Below are positions 29,010 through 39,000 of a stretch of 64,000 nucleotides of DNA, in pieces. This DNA comes from an uncultured Chloroflexia bacterium (GTDB taxonomy: Bacteria > Chloroflexota > Limnocylindria > Limnocylindrales > CSP1-4). The position numbers and the translations under genes were made by a program. How positions within the stretch are numbered: the first letter of the stretch is position 1; each line of letters starts with the position of its first letter. The notes under the pieces were generated by a model. That model made no database searches and was not told the DNA's origin. It was given only the letters and a program-made list of their open reading frames with translations. The stretch lies in NCBI GenBank assembly GCA_963748625.1, contig CAVVJT010000007.1:1056001-1120000 (forward strand), in the 5' to 3' direction.

Positions 29010-29598
29010 GCGCGCCCTCCCCCAGGTCTCCGTCGGGACCAGGGCAACGACCGCAGCCGGGGTCGCCGCGCCGGGTGTGGTGGCGCCGGGTGTCGCCGCA
29101 GGGACGCGGCCGGCTGCCGGTGGGGTGGCGCGACCCGCCGTCCGCCGCAACGAGGCCATCCTGACCATGCCGGCACGCGCCGGGATCCTGCTCGGCGCCT
29201 CCGCCGCCGTCTACGCGGTCACGCTGGCCGGGGTCGCGGTCATGCAGTCCGAGACGGATGCCCAGGTGAGCGCTGCGCGCGCGCCGTACGTGGATGAGGT
29301 CACGCAGCTCCGAGCGGCCAACGATGAGCTCGAGCGCGTCCTGCTCCGGGCCGACGCCCAGGCGCGGGCGCTCGCTGCCGACTACGGCGCGGTCGGGGCG
29401 ACGGTGACCGACTACCAGGCACGCCTGGACTCGCTCGCCACGCTCGTGGCCGAGGTCCAGGGCTCGGCGGCGGCGCTGCCCGCCCGGATCAAGCTGCCGA
29501 GCGTCAGCATGCGCGGCGCGATCGCCGGCAGCTCCCGCTCGTCACGTGGCGGCTCGGCGCCGTCGACCAATGCCACGTCAGGCGCCTCCGGAGGCTGA
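29002..29598 (+). CDS. membrane-anchored coiled-coil protein with C-terminal SGAS putative flavinylation motif
   Basis: TM, coiled coil, ends ...TNATSGASGG; GGAGG RBS. Confidence 0.75.
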   Translation: MTERALPQVSVGTRATTAAGVAAPGVVAPGVAAGTRPAAGGVARPAVRRNEAILTMPARAGILLGASAAVYAVTLAGVAVMQSETDAQVSAARAPYVDEVTQLRAANDELERVLLRADAQARALAADYGAVGATVTDYQARLDSLATLVAEVQGSAAALPARIKLPSVSMRGAIAGSSRSSRGGSAPSTNATSGASGG

Positions 29599-30607
29599 TC
29601 CCGTCATCACGGATCCTCGGGCCGCAAGCCCCCAAGGCGACGGCCCGGACAGGATCGTCGCCTTCTCCGCGCGCGCGCTCGGGTCCACGCTCCGGCTCAG
29701 CGTGCGAGACCACGCCGGCGCCGTGCCCGGGCCGGAGATCAGCGAGGCGGCCGCCCGAGCCTGGGACGCGGTGCGCGCGGAGTTCGACGCCGTGGACCGC
29801 GCCCTGTCCCGCTTCCGCGATGACTCGGAGCTGACCCTGCTCAACCGCCTTGCCGGCACCGGTGCGGTGGTCCCCGTGTCGCGGCGCACGCGGATCGCGC
29901 TGGCCACCGCAGATCGCGCCAGCCGCGTCACCGGCAACCGGTTCGACGCGAGCATCCTGGGCGCCCTCGAGCGCATCGGCGAGCAGGGGGCTGACCTCGG
30001 GACGGCGTCCAGCGCCGAGCTCGCCGTCCCTATCGAGGAACGGACCAGCCGCGCGCATGTCCCACCGGTGCCGCTCGACATGGGCGGGATCGGCAAGGGG
30101 CTGGCGTTGCGCTGGGCCGCAGCCGCCGCACGGCCGTATCTGCCCGACGAAGCGGGCATGCTGCTCGAGGCGGGCGGTGACATCGTCGCGGCCGGCACAC
30201 CCCTCCAGGAGGGCTGGCGCGTCGGGGTCGAGGACCCGGTCGCCGATCCCGGTGCGGAGGCGCCGCCGCTGGTGGTGCTCGACCTGCCCGATGGCGCGGT
30301 GGCCACCTCATCGGTCCGCGTGCGCAACTGGCTGGGACCCGACGGACGGCCCGTTCACCACCTCGTCGATCCTGCCACGCGCGAGCCGGCCCGGACGGGT
30401 TTGGTCGCCGTGACGGTCGCCCGGTCCGACGCCGCATGGGCGGAGATCTGGAGCAAGGCGCTGTTCGTGCTCGGACGGGACCGGATTGCGGACGAGGCGC
30501 GCGCCCGCGGGCTTGCCGCTTGGTGGGTCGATGATCGCGGGCGCCTCGGGATGACCCCCGAGGCCCGCATCCGCACGCTCTGGGCGGCCGAGGACCGTCT
30601 CGGCTAG
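29570..30607 (+). CDS. apbE: FAD:protein FMN transferase
   Basis: LSRFRDDSEL..LN, FDASI, LDMGGIGKG, EAGGDI, AVATSS, HHLVDP.T; start uncertain. Confidence 0.9.
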   Translation: MPRQAPPEADPVITDPRAASPQGDGPDRIVAFSARALGSTLRLSVRDHAGAVPGPEISEAAARAWDAVRAEFDAVDRALSRFRDDSELTLLNRLAGTGAVVPVSRRTRIALATADRASRVTGNRFDASILGALERIGEQGADLGTASSAELAVPIEERTSRAHVPPVPLDMGGIGKGLALRWAAAAARPYLPDEAGMLLEAGGDIVAAGTPLQEGWRVGVEDPVADPGAEAPPLVVLDLPDGAVATSSVRVRNWLGPDGRPVHHLVDPATREPARTGLVAVTVARSDAAWAEIWSKALFVLGRDRIADEARARGLAAWWVDDRGRLGMTPEARIRTLWAAEDRLG

Positions 30608-30663
30608 GGCGAACTGGTGCAGCCCTGGGCCGCCAAGCCCGCGCCGGTCAGACCATCGCCGGG

Positions 30664-31695
30664 TCAGCTGGGGTGCTGGCGCTCCGCCGCCGCGGCCGCC
30701 TCGGCCTCTGCGCGCAGCTGGGAGGGCGGTGTCTCGCCCAAGGCGATCGCAAGCTCATCGAGCGTCGGATAGCCCTCGCGCGCCCCGGCCCGCGTCACGC
30801 TGATGCTGGCCGCCACGACGGCGCGCCGCGCTGCCGACTCGAGGTCCAGGCCACCGGCGAGCGCCGCGGCAAGGGCACCGTTGAGCGCGTCGCCCGCACC
30901 CGTCGCGTCGATCGCCTTGACCTTCGGCGCCTTGATGTCGATGACGGGACCGTCCCGCTGGACGAGCGCGGCACCCGAGGCTCCGAGGGTCACGAAGATC
31001 GCCCTGGCGGCACCCGGGCCGTCCGCCGTCGCCTCGAGCAGGAGGCGTGCGGATTTGATCGGATCGTCCGTGGCCGGCGTGGGCCTCCCGGCGCGCTTCG
31101 CGTCCTCCGTCACGAGGAGGGCCAGCTCACCGCGGTTGGGGACGACGACATCGGCCAGGCCGATGACCGAGCGGTCCAGGCCGCCGGCCGGCGCCGGATT
31201 GAGGATCGTCCAGGCCCCGCCCTGGCGGCCGATGCGGAGCGCCTCACGAGCGGCGTCCGTGGAGATCTCGTGGGTGACGATGACGGCGTCGCCGGTGTGC
31301 GGATTGAGCCGGCCGAGTGCGTCGCGCACGTGGGCGGCGGTAAGGCCCGCGTTGGCGCCCGGGGCGACCGCGATCTGATTCTCGGCCTTGGCGTCCACCA
31401 GGATCAGGGCGACGCCCGTCGCCGTGTGATCAAGCGTCACGAGGACATCGGTGCCGATCCCCTCGCGGGCGAGCGCCTGCCGCGCATCCATGGCGAACTC
31501 GTCATCACCCAGCGCCGCGACAAGCATGACCGGGACGCCGAGGCGCGCGGCAGCCACCGCCTGGTTGCCGCCCTTGCCGCCGTGGAACCGTGTGAATGTC
31601 CCGCCCAGCACCGTCTCGCCCGGCTGGGGCAGACGCTCGGTCTGCACCACCAGGTCGATGTTGACGGACCCGACGACCAGGACTCGACCGCTCAC
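30664..31695 (-). CDS. rbsK: ribokinase (PfkB family)
   Basis: VVGSVNID, GGKGGNQAVAAARLG, LNPAPA, DATGAGD. Confidence 0.85.
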   Translation of the reverse strand: MSGRVLVVGSVNIDLVVQTERLPQPGETVLGGTFTRFHGGKGGNQAVAAARLGVPVMLVAALGDDEFAMDARQALAREGIGTDVLVTLDHTATGVALILVDAKAENQIAVAPGANAGLTAAHVRDALGRLNPHTGDAVIVTHEISTDAAREALRIGRQGGAWTILNPAPAGGLDRSVIGLADVVVPNRGELALLVTEDAKRAGRPTPATDDPIKSARLLLEATADGPGAARAIFVTLGASGAALVQRDGPVIDIKAPKVKAIDATGAGDALNGALAAALAGGLDLESAARRAVVAASISVTRAGAREGYPTLDELAIALGETPPSQLRAEAEAAAAAERQHPS

Positions 31696-31734
31696 CTGAC
31701 CGTCCCTCAATCCTTTCCCTGGTACCGGCTCCGT

Positions 31735-32556
31735 CTAGGAGCCGGTGATGAACTCGCCACCGTCGACGCCGATGACCTCGCCGTTGATGAAGCCGGTGCC
31801 CTCACCCGAGAGCGTGAGGATCGCGCTGGCGACGTCCTGGGGCGTCGTCATCCGACCGGTGGGGTTCCGCCGCGTGGCGGCCTCGATGATGGCGTCCTTC
31901 TCGGGGATCTTCATGAGCGCCGGCGTCAGCGTGACGCCCGCGCGGATCGTGTTGGCCGTGATGCCGGTGCCCAGCCGGGCCAGCTCCATCGCGAGCTGGC
32001 GCGTGTGGGACTCGAGCGCGGCCTTGGCCGAGCTCACGACACCGTAGCTCGGCACGACGCGGCTTGAGCCCTCGGACGTCATCGCGTAGATCTTGGAGCC
32101 CTGCTGGAGGAACCCGCCGCGCCAGAGGTCCTGGACCCAGTAGACGAGGCTGTTCGCCATGACGTCCTGGGTCATCTCCATCTTCTTGCGGTCCACGCAG
32201 CCCTTGGGGTCCTCGGCCAGGAACGGCACAAGCGACCCGAACGCGAGCGAGTGCATGACCACGCGGACATACGGCTCGCGCCCGGCTGCGCGGGAGGCCT
32301 CGAAACGCTCTGCCAGCGAGGTCAGGGCCGACGTGCGCTTCTCGTCGTCGGCGGCGTTCATGTTGAGGTACAGCGCCTGGACGCCGAGCGTCTCGATGCG
32401 CTCCTTGATCTCCGCGACATGGGCCAGGGCCGCGCGGAAGTCGAGGTGGACGCCGCAGATGTTGTAGCCGGCGGCCGCCAGCGTCAGGGCCGTCGCCTCA
32501 CCCATGCCCGAGGAGGCGCCGAGAATCAGGGCCCAGCGCTCGCGGTCGTCGGTCAT
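31735..32556 (-). CDS. SDR oxidoreductase, enoyl-ACP reductase-like (FabL/FabI type)
   Basis: GASSGMG Rossmann motif; YGVVSSAK (Yx6K). Confidence 0.8.
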   Translation of the reverse strand: MTDDRERWALILGASSGMGEATALTLAAAGYNICGVHLDFRAALAHVAEIKERIETLGVQALYLNMNAADDEKRTSALTSLAERFEASRAAGREPYVRVVMHSLAFGSLVPFLAEDPKGCVDRKKMEMTQDVMANSLVYWVQDLWRGGFLQQGSKIYAMTSEGSSRVVPSYGVVSSAKAALESHTRQLAMELARLGTGITANTIRAGVTLTPALMKIPEKDAIIEAATRRNPTGRMTTPQDVASAILTLSGEGTGFINGEVIGVDGGEFITGS

Positions 32557-32676
32557 CGTGCTCCTCCGGGGGGACTGCAGGGGATCCGCGGCAGGGGCAT
32601 CGCGGCACAGCGGAGTCTACCAGCGCGGGATACACGGCCCGAACCCGCGCAGCGCGCGCCCCTTGACGGCCAGGTG

Positions 32677-32714
32677 TATTTTGGCATCGACCTAATTCGT
32701 CGAATGCCGAAATA
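32677..32714. promoter_or_regulatory. imperfect inverted repeat, putative ArsR/SdpR operator
   Basis: TATTTTGGCATCGAC...GTCGAATGCCGAAATA immediately upstream of the ArsR gene; TTGACG at 32663. Confidence 0.65.
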
Positions 32715-32718
32715 GGAG

Positions 32719-33003
32719 ATGGTGACGAACCGCGTCTACAAGGCCCTCGCGGACCCCACCCGCCGGCGCATCCTCGCGCTCCTCCGGGAGCGCCCGATGA
32801 CCGCGGGCGAGCTCGCGTCCCAGTTCGAGCTCGCGTGGCCCACGATGTCCGGCCACTTCGCCGTCCTGCGCGAGGCGGGCCTCATCCAGGCCGAGCGCGC
32901 GGGCTCGACCCTCACCTACCGGCTCAATCAAACCGTGCTCCAGGAGGCCCTCATGGCGCTCATGGACATGCTCGGGGTGGATCCCACGGAGCGCCCAGCA
33001 TGA
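32719..33003 (+). CDS. ArsR family repressor (SdpR-like)
   Basis: YKALADPTRRRIL.LL...MTAGELA..F...PTMSGHFAVLREAGLI. Confidence 0.9.
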   Translation: MVTNRVYKALADPTRRRILALLRERPMTAGELASQFELAWPTMSGHFAVLREAGLIQAERAGSTLTYRLNQTVLQEALMALMDMLGVDPTERPA

Positions 33004-33677
33004 ACCTGCGCACCTTCTACATCGTTGCTGCAGTTGGCATCGTCGCGCAGCTCGCCCTCGCCGCATGGGGGTTCGTCCAGGTCGGCTTCACCGGGACCGT
33101 GCCCATGCATTGGGGCGTGAACGGCGAGGTGGACGCGTGGGGACCCGCCTGGCTCTCGTTCCTGCTCGCACCGGTCGTGTCGATCGGCCTCACCGCGCTG
33201 TTCGGCGTGCTGCCCCGCTTCGAGCCGCGCCGGGAGAACCTGCAGCGCTCGGCACGCGCGTACCGCCAGCTGGGGATCGCGGTGATCGCGCTGATGACGC
33301 TGGTGGAGATCGGCGTCGTGCTGGCGGCCACGGGCCGCGACGTGCCGATGGCGTTCCTCATGGGTGTCGGGGTTGGCGTGCTGTTCATGGTCATCGGCAA
33401 CCAGATGGGCACGGTGCGCGCGAACTACATGTTCGGCGTGCGCACACCCTGGACGCTCACCAGCGACCTCGCCTGGGACAAGACGCACCGGCTGATGGGG
33501 CGCCTCTTCTTCCTGGGCGGCCTGGGCCTGGTGCTGCTGTCCCTGTTCGGTCGGCCCGAGATCGTGCTCGTCGCGATGCTCGTGTTCATCGGGGCCATCC
33601 TCGTGGTCGGCTTCGTCTACTCCTACCAGGTCTGGAAGACCGATCCGGACAAGCACACGAACGGGAGCGTCTTGTGA
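33000..33677 (+). CDS. SdpI family immunity membrane protein (DUF1648 + SdpI)
   Basis: VPMHWGVNGEVD, NYMFGVRTPWTL.S..AW.KTHRL.G. Confidence 0.9.
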   Translation: MNLRTFYIVAAVGIVAQLALAAWGFVQVGFTGTVPMHWGVNGEVDAWGPAWLSFLLAPVVSIGLTALFGVLPRFEPRRENLQRSARAYRQLGIAVIALMTLVEIGVVLAATGRDVPMAFLMGVGVGVLFMVIGNQMGTVRANYMFGVRTPWTLTSDLAWDKTHRLMGRLFFLGGLGLVLLSLFGRPEIVLVAMLVFIGAILVVGFVYSYQVWKTDPDKHTNGSVL

Positions 33678-35026
33678 ACCTGCCCGACGGATTCGATCCC
33701 GCGCTTCTGCTGTTGATCGTCCCGCTCGTCCTGCTGGAGCTGGGCCTCCTCGTCTACGCCATCTACGACCTGCTCAAGGAGGGTCGGTACGTGCGGGGTG
33801 GCTCGAAGGCCGCCTGGGCCGTGGTGATCCTGTTCCTCAACGGCATCGGGCCGCTCGTCTACCTGCTCGCGGGCCGGGTGGACCGCCCTGCCGACGATCC
33901 TCCAGCCCAGGGGCAGCCCGGTTGGGGCAGCCCCCACGATCCGCCGCCTGCCGGCACGGTGCCGCCGCCTGCCGGCACGACACCCACACCCACGTGGGCC
34001 CAGCCCGGCGCATCCACGCCCGCCGCGTCCCCACCCGCCGCGTCCCCACCCGCCGCGTCCCCACCCGCCGGGCCGGCGGCCATCGCGATCACCGGGCTCA
34101 CGAAGCGCTACGGCGGCGGCGGCGTCCTGGCCCTCGACGCACTCGATCTCATCGTCCCGAAGGGCTCCGTGTTCGGTCTGCTCGGACCGAACGGCGCCGG
34201 CAAGACGACCACCCTGCGCATCATCGCCGGCCTCACCCGGCCGACGGGAGGGCGCGCGGTGGTGGACGGCACCGCTGTCGACGATGATCCGCTGGCCGTA
34301 CGCCGGCACCTCGGCTTCCTCGAGCAGGACCCGCGCGCCTACGGCTGGATGACCGGCCGCGAGCAGGTGGCCCTGCTGGGCCGCATGCACGGGCTGGCCG
34401 GGGACGCCCTCGCGGACGCCGTCGCCGGCGCCCTCGCACGCGTGGACCTCGGCGCCGCGGCCGACCGGAGGACGGGCACCTACTCGGGCGGGATGCGCCA
34501 GCGCCTGGGGATCGCGGGGGCGCTCGTGCATCGGCCGCCCATCGTGATCCTCGATGAGCCGGCGAGCGCCCTCGATCCGGAGGGGCGACGAGACGTCCTG
34601 GAGATGATCGCCTCGCTGCGCGGCGAGACCACCGTCCTCTTCTCCTCCCACGTCCTCGCCGACGTCGAGCGGATCTGCGACCGGATCGCCATCCTCGACC
34701 ATGGCCGCCTCGTGGTGGAGGGACCGCTGGCCGAGCTCCTGGATCGCTACGCCCTCCCCGTCTACCGCGTGGAGGCGGAGTCCGGCGAGGGGGCTGCGCT
34801 GGAGCAGCTCGCCGCCACCCTCCGCACAACACCGTGGGTCACGGCAGCCGCCGTGGAGCACGGCGTGCTCACGGTCGCCGTGGCCGACCCGGCCGTGGCC
34901 GCCCGGGAGCTCCTGCCGGCGATCTCCGCCGCCGGGGTGCCGGTGGTCTCGGTGGCGCGCGCACGCCCGACCCTCGAGGACGTGTTCCTGCGCCTGACCG
35001 GCGATGACCGGGAGGCGGCGGCATGA
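33674..35026 (+). CDS. ABC transporter ATPase with N-terminal PLDc_N-like two-TM domain
   Basis: K.AWAVVILFLNGIGPLVYLLAGR; Pro-rich linker; GPNGAGKTT, YSGGMRQRLG, LDEP. Confidence 0.88.
   Translation: MNLPDGFDPALLLLIVPLVLLELGLLVYAIYDLLKEGRYVRGGSKAAWAVVILFLNGIGPLVYLLAGRVDRPADDPPAQGQPGWGSPHDPPPAGTVPPPAGTTPTPTWAQPGASTPAASPPAASPPAASPPAGPAAIAITGLTKRYGGGGVLALDALDLIVPKGSVFGLLGPNGAGKTTTLRIIAGLTRPTGGRAVVDGTAVDDDPLAVRRHLGFLEQDPRAYGWMTGREQVALLGRMHGLAGDALADAVAGALARVDLGAAADRRTGTYSGGMRQRLGIAGALVHRPPIVILDEPASALDPEGRRDVLEMIASLRGETTVLFSSHVLADVERICDRIAILDHGRLVVEGPLAELLDRYALPVYRVEAESGEGAALEQLAATLRTTPWVTAAAVEHGVLTVAVADPAVAARELLPAISAAGVPVVSVARARPTLEDVFLRLTGDDREAAA
34019..34068 (+). repeat. 15-bp tandem repeat x~3 encoding PAASP
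   Basis: CCCGCCGCGTCCCCA repeated. Confidence 0.85.
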
Positions 35027-35796
35027 CCGGCCTGCGCGTCCTGCTGGGCAAGGAGCTGCGCGAGGCATGGCGCACGCGGCGCCTGCCGGTGGTGGCCATC
35101 CTCTTCGTGATCGTGGGCATCCTCTCGCCGCTGACCGCGCGCTACCTCAATGAGATCCTGGAGGTGGCGCTCGCGGGCCAGCTGCCGATGGCCCTCCCCG
35201 ACCCCACGATCGCCACCGTGGTGGAGCAGCTCCAGAAGAACCTGGGCCAGCTTGGTGCCCTCGCTGCAATCGCACTCGCGATGGGATCGGTCGCAGGCGA
35301 GCTCGACAAGGGCACGGCGGCGCTCATCCTGGCGCAGCCCGTGACGCGGCCGGCGTTCCTGCTGGCCAAGCTGGTCGCCCTCGCGGTGGTGCTGCTGGTG
35401 TGCACCGTGCTCGGCGTGGCCGTGGCCTGGATCTATACCGCGATCCTGTTCGAGCCGGCCTCGATCGGGGGCTGGCTCGCCTTCGCCGTGCTCGCCTGGC
35501 TGGCGCTCCTGGCATGGGCATCCATCACGTTCCTCGCCTCGACGGTGACTGGATCCACCACCGCGGCGGCCGGCCTCGGCTTCGTGGCGCTCATCGTGCT
35601 GAGCCTGCTCGCGGTGCTGCCGGCGCTGGACCACGTCCTGCCAACCGGCCTCGCCCTCCCGGCATCGCTCCTCGCCGCGGGCAACGACGGAGCAGTCGAG
35701 GTCGGCAACCTGGCGACCGCCGTGGCTGGGACCGTGGTCCTGGTCGTGGCGTGTGCGGCGGGCGCCATCGCGTCGCTCCGCCGCCGGGAGCTGTAG
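35023..35796 (+). CDS. ABC-2 type permease
   Basis: KELREAWRT, VAGELDKGT..LILAQPVTR..FLLAK; 6 TM. Confidence 0.9.
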   Translation: MTGLRVLLGKELREAWRTRRLPVVAILFVIVGILSPLTARYLNEILEVALAGQLPMALPDPTIATVVEQLQKNLGQLGALAAIALAMGSVAGELDKGTAALILAQPVTRPAFLLAKLVALAVVLLVCTVLGVAVAWIYTAILFEPASIGGWLAFAVLAWLALLAWASITFLASTVTGSTTAAAGLGFVALIVLSLLAVLPALDHVLPTGLALPASLLAAGNDGAVEVGNLATAVAGTVVLVVACAAGAIASLRRREL

Positions 35797-36014
35797 GCGC
35801 ACGTGACCGGAGGACGCCGCGGACGCCGCGACGCCGGCTGTCGTGGATCGCGCGATCCACGCCCCAGTCCCGCCGCGACGGGTCCCCGGACCGTTGCGCT
35901 CCAGCACGCGACAGGTGTCGACGTCGCGCCACGGCAACGTGAACGCGCAGAACCGCCACAATGCCCGCACCACACCACCGTCCAAGGGGGAGGGCACCGG
36001 ATCCTCCGGAATCC

Positions 36015-39000
36015 ATGAGCGACACGGACCTGCCGGCCGCCGCACGTGCGGCCGGCTCGCAGCACCCGGAGCCCGAGGTGGCGCGGGACCGTCCCGACGC
36101 CTATATCGCGCGCGACCGGCGACGGGCGCTGCATGCCGGCCGGAACCTGCCTGACCGCGTCCAGGGCGCGGCCCTCTTCGCCGACATCAGCGGCTTCACC
36201 CCGCTCACGGAGGCGCTGGCCGGCGAGCTCGGGCCACAGCGGGGCGCGGAGGAGCTGGTCGCCAACATCGGGCGCGTGTTCCACGCCGTGATCGCCGAGC
36301 TCGATGCCTACGACGGCAACGTCATCTCTTTCGCCGGCGATGCGATCACCTGCTGGATCGACGGCGACGACGGCTCGCGCGCGTGCGCGGCGGCGATGGG
36401 CATGCAGGAGGCCATCGCCCGCACCGGCACCATCACCACGCCCGGCGGGACCATCGTGCAGCTCGCGATGAAGGTTGCGGTCGCGGTGGGCAGCGCCCGC
36501 AGGTTCGTCGTGGGCGACCCGGACATCCAGTTGATCGACGTCCTCGCCGGACGCCTGCTCGACACGCTGGCCGCCGCCGAGCACCACGCCGAGAAGGGCG
36601 AGATCGTGCTCGACCAGTCCGTCGTGGCGGCGATCGGGCCACGCCTGGTCCTGGGCGCATCGCGCGAGGATCCCGACACCGAGCGCACGCTACGGGTCCT
36701 GCTCGACCTGCGGGGCGATCTGCGGGGCGACGTGCCGGTCGTGCCGAGCGACGAGCCGGACCCGCTGCCGGACGACGTCGTCAGCCAGTGGCTGCTGCCG
36801 GCGGTGTACGAGCGGATGCGCACCGGGCGTGGCGAGTTCCTCGCCGAGCTGCGCCCGGCGATCCCGATCTTCCTCCGCTTCTCCGGTATCGACTACGACG
36901 GCGCCGAGGATGCGGTGGCCAAGCTCGACGACTTCGTTCGCGCGGCCCAGCGGGTGATGCACGGCTACGGGGGCAACGTCCTGCAGCTGACCCTCGGCGA
37001 CAAGGGCGCCTACCTGTATGGCGTGTTCGGCTCGCCGCGAGCCCACGAGGACGACGCCGCGCGCGCGGCTGCGGCGGCGCTCGAGCTGCGCGACCTCGAC
37101 CGCTCCACGGCCGTCCGGGACATCACGGTCGGCGTGGCGCACGGCCGGCTCCGGAGCGGCTCGTACGGGCATGCCATGCGTCGCACCTTCGTGTGCATGG
37201 GTGACGCGGTCAACCTCGCCGCACGCCTGATGACCAAGGCCCCGCCGGGATCGATCTACGTTGCCGACACCGTCCGTCAGGATGCCGGGGAGGCCTTCAT
37301 CTGGCAGCGCCTGGAGCCCCTCCGCCTCAAGGGCAAGGCAGAGGCCGTGCAGGCGTGGTCGCTGACCGGCTCGCTGGAGGGTGCCTCGCGCCGCAAGACC
37401 CGGTTCGAGTTGGACCTTGTCGGCCGGCTGGCGGAGCTCGAGGTCCTCGACCACGCCCACGCGGGCGCCCTGGCGGGTCGCGGCGCCGTCGTCGGGATCG
37501 CCGCTGAGGCCGGGATGGGCAAGTCCCGCCTGGTGGCGGAGTTCGTGCGCAACGCGCGCCGCGGCGGCCACATGGTCGTCTTCGGGGAATGCCAGGCGTA
37601 CGGCACCAGGACGCCGTACTTCGTGTGGCGGGAGATCTGGCGCCGCCTGTTCGGCCTCGAGGACGAACCGGTCGAGGCGCAGATCGCAACCCTCGAAGGG
37701 CAGCTGGCAGCCGTCAGCCCGGGCCTTGTCGCCCGTGCTCCGCTCCTTGCCGACGTCGTGGGGCTGCCCATCCCCGACACCGACCTGACGCGCAGCTTCG
37801 ACGCCAAGCTGCGGAAGGCCTCGCTCGAGGAGCTGCTCGGAGACGTCCTGCGCGCTCGCGCGGCCGAGGCTCCGTTCGTGGCAGTCCTCGAGGACTGCCA
37901 CTGGATCGACGAGCTGTCCCGCGACCTGCTGCACGGGCTCATCCGGGCGGCGAGCCAGCTCCCGGTCCTGTTCGTGCTCGCCTACCGTCCGGCAACGGAG
38001 CCCGGCGGTGGCCTAGGGGTCGCGGACGAGCCAGGTTTCACCGAGCTCGAGCTGGACCTGATGGATGCCGGCAGCATCGCAGTCCTCGCCCGCGCCAAGG
38101 CCAGCCAGCTCGCCGGCGCCGATGCGGTCGTCAGCGACGACCTGGTGACGCTCGTCGCCAGCCGTGCCGAAGGCAACCCGTTCTACGCCGAGGAACTGCT
38201 CTCCTACCTCGTCGCCCGGGGCGTGGACCTCGCCGATCCCGCCTCGGCAGCGACCGTCAGCGTCCCCGACAGCCTCCACAGCCTCGTGCTCTCGCGGATC
38301 GACGCCGCGGCCGAGAGCCCTCGCCGCACCATGAAGGTGGCCAGCGTTGTCGGCCGGGTCTTCGAGGCGCCGGTGCTGCCAGGCGCGTACGAGGAGCTGG
38401 GCTCGCTCGAGACAGTGGTGGGCGACCTCGAGGCCCTCCGCTCGCTCGACCTGGTCTCGCTCGATCGGGCCGAGGAGCAGGCCTGGATGTTCAAGCACGT
38501 GGTCACCCAGGAGGTGGCCTACGAGAGCCTGCCGTTCGCGCTCCGAGCGGACCTCCACGGGAGGGTGGGGGCCTACCTGGAGCGGCGGGAGGCGCAGGAC
38601 CTCGACCGCTGGGTGCCGCTCCTGGAGCACCACTACTGGCGGAGTGACCGGGAGGACAAGAAGCGCCTGTACCTCCGCCTCGCGGCCGAGGCGGCGCAGG
38701 CGTCCTACGCGAACCAGGCCGCGATCGCGTACTACGACCGGCTGATCCCCCTCCTCGAGGACGCCGAGCAGGTGGACGCGCAACTGAAGCTCGCGAAGGT
38801 CCTGGAGCTGACAGGCGCCTGGGTGCGCTCCGAGGAGATCGTGGGTGAGGCACGAGCCACGGCGGTCGGTCTGGCGGACACCGGCCGCGTTGCCTGGTGC
38901 GACACCGCCCTGGCCGAGGCCGCGCGCAAGCAGGGCCGGTACGACGAGGCCGGTGAACGCCTGGCGGCAGCGCGGGCAGGCTTCGAGGGGGTCGGTGCAG

